64,000 bases of DNA from a virus. Location of the stretch: the IMG/VR virus record IMGVR_UViG_3300037339_000380, positions 2,844 to 66,843 of that record; one strand, 5' to 3'. Position 1 is the first letter of the stretch. The number at the start of each line of letters is the position of its first letter. The notes below the pieces were generated by a model. It did not search any database. It saw only the letters and a list, made by a program, of their open reading frames with translations, and was not told where the DNA came from. Below, piece after piece: positions 56,113 through 64,000 of this stretch. The position numbers and the translations under genes were made by a program.

Positions 56113-58168
56113 CCCTAATCATTTGAATAGATATATCAAGTCCTGCTACTGAATCAATTTCTCCTGTTATCCCTGCCTGTATATAGAATGGTGAAGCTGT
56201 CCCTTTTCTTACCCAACCTGCAATTGGTTGATTGTTTGACCATGAACGGTTATCTGCTACTATACCATCACTTCCCGTTTCATCACTTATTACAGCAAAT
56301 GTTGCTTCTATTGTTCCCGTAGCAGGAGAATCAGGATCAGAAAGCATGGTGTAACTATATGAACCTGAATCTATATAAGTAATTGCAAACACTCCATTAT
56401 AAGCATCTTCATTAGCTCCCTCAATAATAACAAAATCACCTGTCTCCATTCCATGTGTTGCATGAGTTACCGTAGCAGTGGTACCTGTACTTACTATTGA
56501 AACAGAAGCCTTATAAAAATAATTTACATCATCTGTCACCCAAACTAAAACTCTGGCTTCATCTACTGGATCACCTGTACTTGAATCTAACACAGTTACC
56601 TGAGTAGTTACAGGATCAATTACTTCTTTAATAGTACAACCAGCAGTCTTATATGAAATATCACCTGAACAACCTACAAGATTGACTGTTATCTCTCCAG
56701 TAGAATCTGCAAAATATAAAGTAGAATCATTCTGACTGTCTGAAGCATTAAAACCTGTAAAGGTAACACCCCTTATGGTTATCTCTGAAGGAATAGATGC
56801 CCCAAAATATATTGCATGATGTGCATTAGTACCTTTACTAAATGTCATATCATCAATATTACCATCTGGATCAGTAGATTCATTCCATATCAAAGCATAA
56901 CCATCAGCTGCAACAGTAGGAGTCAATATCTTTGAAGTATTCAAAATAGCACCACCGGCAGTTATTTCATTACATCCAAGGAAAGTAGTACCAGAAATTA
57001 CGGCAGATGACATGAACGTAAATGTATCCATACCTTTGAAAAGACAGTTGACAATATCTACATCAGCTGCAGCCGTCATTGTCAAGATACCTCTTGACCT
57101 TGTTCCTAATGCTGCAAAGGTACAGTTAGTCCACGATACTGTTGAACCTGCCCGTTCAATACTTATAGTATTAAATGCCCGTCTTACAGCAACAGTATCA
57201 TCTACAAATATAACCTTGTTTGAGTCAACAAAATAAACATCGGTTGAACCATATCCTAAAGTCATCAATCCTTTCCACAAAAATGATCCGCTTTGATAAG
57301 AGAATAACCCCCACCGATAATAATAACTTGCTTCATTCTGATCATTCTTGGCAGCCATGTCAGTAAAGTTGGCAGGGGTACCACTATCCCCAACATTTAC
57401 CCTCATCTCACATCTCCCGTGACGAATGGCATCAAGTCCAAATGGAGCACCTTTTGATGGATAAGTTGTGGGCATCCTACATGCAATTCCCATAACCTGA
57501 TTTGTGGCAGTAGGTGTTCCTTCAATAGCATCACAAAATCTTACTTGTTCATCACCACTTCCACTTTCCGTAACCAATCCAGTAGCACTGGTTACAGTAA
57601 TAACAGTGGTAGTGACAGATTCAATTACTTTCCTTCCATTATTACCTGCATTGGTACAACCAGTAATATAAATATTCATCCCTGGTTCAAATCCATCCGT
57701 AGTAAAATCCCCAGATGAACGAGTATATGTCCTGTTAGTTGAGTTGACTGCCAACGTTACTGCCCCAGATCGGACAGTCGGATTGATAGCAAAATTTCTC
57801 CACCCTCCATAAGGGTTTGGTGATTGGTTACTTCCCCCTACATACCACATACTAAAGTTTGCTGAAGATGCTCCAATAGCACACCTTATCCCTCCGTTAG
57901 CATAAGTATCAAGTGAGTTAGGAGCAAATACAACACCCCATATAAGAACAGCTCCCGCAGCATTAACAGTTGTGGCTCCAACATCAATGGCAATACTATT
58001 CTGTGTTGTCTTGACAGTAGATGACTTACAAGCAGTTCCCTGGATAAAATAATCACTTTCATACCCTGTTGAAAGAGTACCGTCTGCCCAGTTAGTTAAC
58101 TCAACATAAGTACCACTCTCACCAAGTGCAAGATCAGCTAAATCCGTTGCATAAACTGCTACTGCCAT
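56105..58168 (-). CDS. Putative virion fibre/appendage protein with a beta-helix-like region
   Basis: G/S/T-rich; NCTF/NCLF/GTTF repeats and a TATVT...HG..TGD.V.I.GA....YNG.F.IT module. Confidence 0.65.
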   Translation of the reverse strand: MAVAVYATDLADLALGESGTYVELTNWADGTLSTGYESDYFIQGTACKSSTVKTTQNSIAIDVGATTVNAAGAVLIWGVVFAPNSLDTYANGGIRCAIGASSANFSMWYVGGSNQSPNPYGGWRNFAINPTVRSGAVTLAVNSTNRTYTRSSGDFTTDGFEPGMNIYITGCTNAGNNGRKVIESVTTTVITVTSATGLVTESGSGDEQVRFCDAIEGTPTATNQVMGIACRMPTTYPSKGAPFGLDAIRHGRCEMRVNVGDSGTPANFTDMAAKNDQNEASYYYRWGLFSYQSGSFLWKGLMTLGYGSTDVYFVDSNKVIFVDDTVAVRRAFNTISIERAGSTVSWTNCTFAALGTRSRGILTMTAAADVDIVNCLFKGMDTFTFMSSAVISGTTFLGCNEITAGGAILNTSKILTPTVAADGYALIWNESTDPDGNIDDMTFSKGTNAHHAIYFGASIPSEITIRGVTFTGFNASDSQNDSTLYFADSTGEITVNLVGCSGDISYKTAGCTIKEVIDPVTTQVTVLDSSTGDPVDEARVLVWVTDDVNYFYKASVSIVSTGTTATVTHATHGMETGDFVIIEGANEDAYNGVFAITYIDSGSYSYTMLSDPDSPATGTIEATFAVISDETGSDGIVADNRSWSNNQPIAGWVRKGTASPFYIQAGITGEIDSVAGLDISIQMIRDE

Positions 58169-58169
58169 A

Positions 58170-58598
58170 TCAAGTTATCTTTCTTAAATGATTATTAACA
58201 TCTATAAATACCTGAGAACTTGCTATTCCTTTTGCAGGAATAATAGCAGGAACAGGATTACCAAATGACGACATATAGACAGAAAATCCTTCTTTTATAA
58301 AACTGCCTATTTGATTTTTGACATCATCATTCATTGTACATCCTTTTTCTATTAAACCAGTTATTATACCATTCCCAAGTCTTTCAAAGATTACATGACA
58401 TTTATCAGGACGAAGATTTTCAGAACACTTATTCATTTGATTGTACATACATTGATATTCCTTACACCTATCATTAACCTTGGCAAATATAAGACATCCT
58501 TTTCCAGGAGAACATTTTTTGCAATATTTCCCTGCTGGACTATTCATCCAAGGAACATCTACCAATTTACAACATAATGTACAACCCCCGCATTCCAT
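58170..58598 (-). CDS. YkgJ-like CxxCxxCC Fe-S/Zn cluster protein
   Basis: MECGGCTLCCK...C..C....C.I......C..Y.C.Y...RPDKC; likely start is ATG 58598. Confidence 0.75.
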   Translation of the reverse strand: MECGGCTLCCKLVDVPWMNSPAGKYCKKCSPGKGCLIFAKVNDRCKEYQCMYNQMNKCSENLRPDKCHVIFERLGNGIITGLIEKGCTMNDDVKNQIGSFIKEGFSVYMSSFGNPVPAIIPAKGIASSQVFIDVNNHLRKIT

Positions 58599-58599
58599 A

Positions 58600-60348
58600 T
58601 TACACGTCTGTTGTTCTGATTGCTGAAATACTCTGATTGGATCCAATAAATGTCCAAGCTGAAATAAACTGTTTAATAGGTGTTCCTCCACCATCCCTTA
58701 CAATTACAACAAGATTTCTTGGACTTGAATAAGTTCCCTGATATGACATTGATGTCCCAGTAGCCTCAGCATCAAGGTAAGCAATATAAACATCATTTCC
58801 TATCTGGGCTTCAACAGTATTAAAGTCCTCATTTCCATCAGTGGTATCAATGGTAAATGTTGATGTTGCCCAAGATGAATAATGTAGCCTTCTTTCAAAT
58901 CCGTTATCGTCCACAACCCTTATATATCCAGATGAAGGAGTGTCTGCCGGAATTGCTTCTATTACAACTACCGAAGTAATATCATCAGCATCAAGGGCAG
59001 TTGCCAAAGATAATTGATCTTTTTGTATTGCTTGATCTCCATTACCATCATAGGTTACACCATCCCAAGGTGCTACAAGAACCCTATCATGCCCACTAAC
59101 TAAACCAGTTACAGAGTTAGTAACCAAGTTAGGAGGTGACCACTGATCATTTGCAAGGTCAAACAGTTTATCATTAGAATCCAAATCAGCTGGTTGTATT
59201 CCTACACCATAAGCACCAATTATAGATGAACCTGTTGAAGCTCCAATAAACGGTTTACTTATTGTAGCTGACCTGTCTGTTACTGTACCAGCAGTAGCCG
59301 AAGCAGCATCAGGAACAGTTTGTGTTAATGCAACCCCTGACTCAGGAGCTTCACCTGTCAATATCTGAATCCAAAGTTTATTAGTACCATTATTAGCCAG
59401 TATCTGACCAGTACCTGCCTTTGTTCCTGTCCAGCTAACAGGATTACTATCATCAAATGTACCTGTTAAACCTGAATAAGCAATCTCATGAGTGATACCT
59501 CTGAAAAGTTCTCCTGCAAGACCAAAAAGAGTGGTAGCCATACCATCCCTGGTAAGCCATTTCATTCTTTCATAAAAGTCATTGGTTGTTCTTGTTGGAT
59601 AATCAGCATTCCATTCTGAATAGAAATATTCATCGTCACCATCATCATCTATATCCAAGCCAATGTATCCTTCGGTAACCAACGTTATACCTGTCCATCC
59701 TGCTACCGTAGCAAGTAATGTCTGGTTATTTAAATCCGCTGCATCAGCCAAAGCCAATACGTTATTACCACGTGAAGTACCGTTAATAGAAAACTCCTGA
59801 TAAGTATAATTAAAACGTCTTGCTATACCAATAAGCCTTCTACCATCAATATCTCCACCATCAACTACAAAATCATGTACCTTTAACATGAATCTATGTG
59901 ATATCCCTGCTGCTGCAGAAGCATTCAATCCAGCACCATCATAATTCCACCAGTCATCTGCTATTACGGCACCATCTTGAATTATTTGGATTTGAACATC
60001 AGCATTACCAAAGTTTACAATACCGTCCCAAATGATCTGATCAACACCAACAGTTCCCTGAATTATAGAACCATCGTACAAATGCTCTGGTGCTGCAGCA
60101 TTCAACGTATAACCATTTATCAAGGTTATAATGTTATCTGTTGATCTACGGGATGGGTCAACATTGGTAATGTCCAGTTCATCACTGGATGCAGGAATTG
60201 CTACTGCATCATCCGCAAGTGATTGTAACCATCTATGAAACTGTATTACAGTTGCATAAGAAGGTGCACTTTCACCATGATCATCTCCTGTATACGAAAT
60301 TACTTTCGTACTCCTATCAATTGTCCAGTCTGTTGCTACTATTGCCAT
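58600..60348 (-). CDS. Putative virion structural protein
   Basis: 582 aa, acidic, G/T/D-rich beta composition; late-gene strand. Confidence 0.6.
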   Translation of the reverse strand: MAIVATDWTIDRSTKVISYTGDDHGESAPSYATVIQFHRWLQSLADDAVAIPASSDELDITNVDPSRRSTDNIITLINGYTLNAAAPEHLYDGSIIQGTVGVDQIIWDGIVNFGNADVQIQIIQDGAVIADDWWNYDGAGLNASAAAGISHRFMLKVHDFVVDGGDIDGRRLIGIARRFNYTYQEFSINGTSRGNNVLALADAADLNNQTLLATVAGWTGITLVTEGYIGLDIDDDGDDEYFYSEWNADYPTRTTNDFYERMKWLTRDGMATTLFGLAGELFRGITHEIAYSGLTGTFDDSNPVSWTGTKAGTGQILANNGTNKLWIQILTGEAPESGVALTQTVPDAASATAGTVTDRSATISKPFIGASTGSSIIGAYGVGIQPADLDSNDKLFDLANDQWSPPNLVTNSVTGLVSGHDRVLVAPWDGVTYDGNGDQAIQKDQLSLATALDADDITSVVVIEAIPADTPSSGYIRVVDDNGFERRLHYSSWATSTFTIDTTDGNEDFNTVEAQIGNDVYIAYLDAEATGTSMSYQGTYSSPRNLVVIVRDGGGTPIKQFISAWTFIGSNQSISAIRTTDV

Positions 60349-60380
60349 ACTATCAGTTTTTAGTTATTATACCTTATATA

Positions 60381-60656
60381 TTATACATTAAACACTTCAT
60401 CCGGTACACTGGCTAAAGCTATTGCAGTAGCTTCAGCAATGACTTGTTTAAAGAACCCACAAATCACTGCTTTCTGTGGGTCAGTAGCAGTTGCAAGTAT
60501 AGTCATTACATTTACTGCAACTCCTTTCATATCCATGCCACTGGAGTCATATACCTCCATATTGACATACGCCATTTTGTCTTTCAAGCTAAACGTAATA
60601 TTTTCAACTCTGTGTAATACTCCAGTCTGTGCCGGAATGTCTTTCGTGATATCCAT
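60381..60656 (-). CDS. Hypothetical protein
   Basis: ORF within the late operon. Confidence 0.55.
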   Translation of the reverse strand: MDITKDIPAQTGVLHRVENITFSLKDKMAYVNMEVYDSSGMDMKGVAVNVMTILATATDPQKAVICGFFKQVIAEATAIALASVPDEVFNV

Positions 60657-60667
60657 TTTTTTAAGTT

Positions 60668-60916
60668 TTAACGGTTATAAAATACAGTATTCTTTTCATG
60701 CGTTTTGTACAAAACTGGTAAAGTGGCTATTCCATTTACTATGGTAAACGAAATTAAGTCATGCTTATGAATATTCCAAACAGTTAGCTTAATACCTAAA
60801 GCAACGGGTTCCCTGTAAAACGGATACTCAATGTCAGTCTCCAGATCACGTACCACTCCTTCATTGGGAGTTGTAGCCCATCCATTGTTCATCTTTACCA
60901 CTACACCGTATGACAT
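60668..60916 (-). CDS. Small protein, possibly a cold-shock-like OB fold
   Basis: GVVVK.N......EG.V.D......Y.F...D.ISF.I..G.A. Confidence 0.45.
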   Translation of the reverse strand: MSYGVVVKMNNGWATTPNEGVVRDLETDIEYPFYREPVALGIKLTVWNIHKHDLISFTIVNGIATLPVLYKTHEKNTVFYNR

Positions 60917-62448
60917 TACGTGATCCTCCTCGCAATTTTCTTACCTGCTAATTTACTAAATGCACCAGCTGCAGAGTCAACCTGGTCTTTATAAGTGCTA
61001 AATGGAAAAAACCGATGTTCTTCAATAAACTCTCGGTTCCATAATCCATTCATAAGTATAAAATTATCATTGTTTACCTGTACAGAATACGGGTCAGCCC
61101 TGAATATCTTATCTCCCGTGGGACGCTCTGCGTAAACGGAGAAGCCAGCCAGGTTCAGAATTGAAGCCTGGGCTGACTCTTTCCCTCCTGAGCCGGGTTC
61201 CTGCTCTAACCAAATCCTTACTCTTGGACCATCCGCCTCAGCAGTTGATCTGATTATATTTTCTCGTTCATCTGTACTCCACCTGCCTCGCTTGACATCT
61301 TCAACAAGAAACTTCCCACTGGTTAATATACTCATGCGAGTACCTACCGTAAAAGGAGCTCCCCCCGCCTGAGTACCTGCCTTGTCCCAATATCTTACAG
61401 TCATTACTATTTCCGAACCCTTGGGCATCACATTGATCATTTGGAAGTGATCTACTCTGAACATACCTCCTCCAGGAGGAGTTGGATTCTGTCCCACCTG
61501 CCCTGCATATCCATACTGACCTAAGTCAGCCTCCATATCCTTCAATACCTTCCAAGGTATACGAACTGGGTCAAGTAAATCATCTATATACTTTGTAACC
61601 AATTCTGGAGGTTTGAGGTACTGTTTAAAATTACGTATTTCACCTGGGAAAGCAATGTGCCTGATGTTCTCTTTCTGTTTAGAAAGGATATGACCTGAAG
61701 GGTCATCCTGGTGGAGCCGTTGCATGATCACAATGGTTGGTGTGACAGCTTTGTCAGTTTTACGGGTGCTAAGGGTCTGTTCCATCCAGCGGTTTGCGTT
61801 GGCAATTTCTACCTCCGATACGGCTTGGGTTGGATTAAGAGGATCATCTACGATCAGTATATCACCGTGAAATCCGATCAGCGTGCCACCTACGGATGTC
61901 GTGTAACGACTTCCACCAGTCTCTGACCTTTGTTGCTTGTAGGGAATACCCCCTAACTTTTTTATAATGCTAAAATTTGATTTGGTATCTTTGTCCTCTC
62001 GGATACCCAGGTCTGGGTAAATCTCTTGAAACTGATCACTGCGGAGTATGTTCCTACAGTGATCGGCTATTTCTAATGACAACTGTGATGAGTAAGAAGC
62101 ACAGATAAACTTCATCTTGTACCACTTGGTCCAGCACCATGCTGGGAACATGACTGAGCACGTCATCGTCTTCGTAGTCCCAGGGGGTACATTTATAATA
62201 AGGTCATATTCACGTGGTTCTTTTCTGGCTACCCTCTCCGCTACACGCTCCAACTCCTTGCATAAATACTCAATGTGCCAATTCCCTTTGAACGGCTGAG
62301 TATTGACTACATCCCAGAAATACTGAATGAAGTGATACAGCGACATATTATTCAAAGCCCTGATTGTAGCAACAGGATTCTCCAACGCCTTTTGATATAA
62401 CTGCATTTTATCCTGAACCTCCTTCTTGGCAGGTTTCGTGCGTCGCAT
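60916..62448 (-). CDS. terL: Terminase large subunit
   Basis: LIINVPPGTTKT, G.HGD.LIVDDP, IMQRLH.DD, YWDKAG, EQEPGSGGK and DQVDS; likely start is ATG 62448, 1 nt after the terS stop. Confidence 0.95.
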   Translation of the reverse strand: MRRTKPAKKEVQDKMQLYQKALENPVATIRALNNMSLYHFIQYFWDVVNTQPFKGNWHIEYLCKELERVAERVARKEPREYDLIINVPPGTTKTMTCSVMFPAWCWTKWYKMKFICASYSSQLSLEIADHCRNILRSDQFQEIYPDLGIREDKDTKSNFSIIKKLGGIPYKQQRSETGGSRYTTSVGGTLIGFHGDILIVDDPLNPTQAVSEVEIANANRWMEQTLSTRKTDKAVTPTIVIMQRLHQDDPSGHILSKQKENIRHIAFPGEIRNFKQYLKPPELVTKYIDDLLDPVRIPWKVLKDMEADLGQYGYAGQVGQNPTPPGGGMFRVDHFQMINVMPKGSEIVMTVRYWDKAGTQAGGAPFTVGTRMSILTSGKFLVEDVKRGRWSTDERENIIRSTAEADGPRVRIWLEQEPGSGGKESAQASILNLAGFSVYAERPTGDKIFRADPYSVQVNNDNFILMNGLWNREFIEEHRFFPFSTYKDQVDSAAGAFSKLAGKKIARRIT

Positions 62449-62449
62449 T

Positions 62450-62962
62450 TCACTCACTTCCAGTCCCATCATCTATCTTATTGTTCTGGTTTAGTTGCTG
62501 TATCTTCCTGATCATCTCCAATTCCGATTGATTAAGTCCATTCAATGCTTCCAAGTTGACATTGAGTATATTCATCGTGTTCTGGGTGACTCCCTTAGGA
62601 TTTGGAATATCTGACCATCTTCCCTTCTGCCGTGAGCTGAGCCAAAACTTCTGAGCCGCGACGTCACCCGGTATATGCTTACGTACTGGAATTACTATCG
62701 TTTCCCCCTTTGACGTAATCACCTGATCTTCAATGTACGTGTATCCAGTTGCACGTTTATGTAATGAATGAACTACTTCAGCGTCAGCAGGTGTTTTCCC
62801 TCTCTTGATCGCTTTGCGGAATCTGGCTTTAGTCCTCTTCCATTTTTCAAACGTTGGAACACTAACTCCCATGATGTCTGCCATCTCCGCGTCCATGAGT
62901 CCCAGCAACGCCAATTTGTATGCTTGCCTTGGACGATCTTCATTCCACAATACTACTGCCAT
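62450..62962 (-). CDS. terS: Terminase small subunit
   Basis: HTH (LG..D.EMA...GVS..T...WK), V..SL.KRA.GY and DV.AQ.FWL..R...W; likely start is ATG 62962. Confidence 0.9.
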   Translation of the reverse strand: MAVVLWNEDRPRQAYKLALLGLMDAEMADIMGVSVPTFEKWKRTKARFRKAIKRGKTPADAEVVHSLHKRATGYTYIEDQVITSKGETIVIPVRKHIPGDVAAQKFWLSSRQKGRWSDIPNPKGVTQNTMNILNVNLEALNGLNQSELEMIRKIQQLNQNNKIDDGTGSE

Positions 62963-63673
62963 CTGATTTTGACTTTTGTTCCCTTTACAGTTCCTTTCTA
63001 CGTTGTAAAACTGTAAAGTTATGATAATCCATTGATCTGGCAATGTGGAGTATCCATATTTTTTTTGAGAAGATCCTAATCCCAGGGTATGATTACATTA
63101 TCCTTCCAAAAATATTTTTAAAATTTTTCTAGGCCTGAATTTCGGATACCTATTTATATATAGGGCTGGCACCCGGGGGCCGAATTCGCTTCAATGTAAG
63201 TGTGCGCGGGTGTGCCCATCAACTGGAATAGTAATATGCCCATCAATGCCTAAAAAGTTCCAAAATTTTCTAGCACTGATGGACGGGACAGTCAGCCACT
63301 ACGCCCCTTTCATCGCGCCAACCGACCGCGCCCCCCACTAAATTTTAGTAACAATTTAACTAAATATAATTAACTTACTATTTAGTTATACATATATATT
63401 TAGTAAGTAATATGCGCCCGTTTAAACGTTGTTATTTTATAGTAGTGTTATTGTGTTATTGTAATACAGTTAATTATTTGTATTGCCCTATGCTGCCTAA
63501 TACATATATATTTTAAACGTTGTTATGTTATAAAGTAATAACACTAATTATATTTTTAACTACCCACAACTGCCCACAATTGCCCCTATATTAATTTAAC
63601 AGTATAACATATATATTAACTCATATTGTTACACTATTATTAACTAATCATTTAGTTATACATAACCACAAAT

Positions 63674-63704
63674 AAAAAACACGTGTTAAACTTAACACGT
63701 GTTT
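63674..63704 (-). terminator. Long perfect hairpin with a U-tract on the - strand
   Basis: AAACACGTGTTAA/TTAACACGTGTTT (63677-63689 and 63692-63704), downstream of a small - strand ORF. Confidence 0.6.
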
Positions 63705-63725
63705 ATAAACGTTGTAACAGTTTTG

Positions 63726-63827
63726 TTAAAGTACTATGATTATACAAACAATAATTAACACTAATAAAATATATCCGATTATTGCAAGTATTTTTAAAAC
63801 TCTCTCACTATCTATATTTGTTTTCAT
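63726..63827 (-). CDS. 33-aa single-TM peptide (not in the track)
   Basis: MKTNIDSERVLKILAIIGYILLVLIIVCIIIVL*. Confidence 0.45.
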   Translation of the reverse strand: MKTNIDSERVLKILAIIGYILLVLIIVCIIIVL

Positions 63828-63842
63828 GTTTCTGTTTTTTTA

Positions 63843-63882
63843 AACAGTAACAGTAAACGTGTTTATGTTTACTGTTACTGTT
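63843..63882. repeat. 16-bp inverted repeat built from CAGTAA/TTACTG units
   Basis: AACAGTAACAGTAAAC (63843-63858) pairs with GTTTACTGTTACTGTT (63867-63882). Confidence 0.75.
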
Positions 63883-64000
63883 ACTGTTTAGTTACTTTGT
63901 TACTGTTTCTGTTACTTTGTCTTGTTTCTGTTTCTTTACTACTATCATCATGCTTTTTTCATTTAGCGTTAAATTGTGTGCTGTTAGATACAGTTTTTGT

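Noticed and set aside
63840-63940. CRISPR array
   Set aside because: The units are 6-bp microrepeats without unique spacers, and no cas genes are present
1-64000. Stop-codon reassignment, tRNA genes or an integrase
   Set aside because: Standard-code ORFs tile the window almost completely and use all three stops; I saw no cloverleaf or recombinase motifs, though a tRNA scan of 63044-64000 was not run

Overview
The window is part of a large, AT-rich tailed-phage genome with siphovirus-type organisation (tail tube and 1541-aa tape measure, no sheath gene seen). Several indirect signs point to a Bacteroidota/FCB host. The + strand (1-23.8 kb) opens with a 7-deazaguanine DNA-modification cluster (FolE, QueC, DpdA/TGT-like) interleaved with extra enzymes (radical SAM, methyltransferase, PIG-L deacetylase, glycosyltransferase, Nudix). 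It continues with a replication/recombination module: beta clamp, split family A polymerase with a UDG domain, DnaX-like loader, UvsY-like, gp32-like SSB, RecA, RuvC and a split SbcC plus SbcD. The - strand (63.0-23.8 kb) holds the late genes: terminase, accessory structural genes, lysis genes, portal, head, a 10-gene glycan/sulfation cluster, neck, tail, tape measure and a triplicated tail fibre. The most notable signals are the possible glycosylated or otherwise hypermodified deazaguanine pathway, a ~295 bp stretch upstream of terS with no GA/TC dinucleotide, a recurrent N-terminal MERTK-like peptide on unrelated DNA-processing proteins, a Tat-signal tail-tube paralogue, the candidate virion glycosylation cluster, and hairpins sharing an AAUCA loop after the capsid and tail-tube genes. 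All family assignments come from motif recognition by eye; no searches were run.
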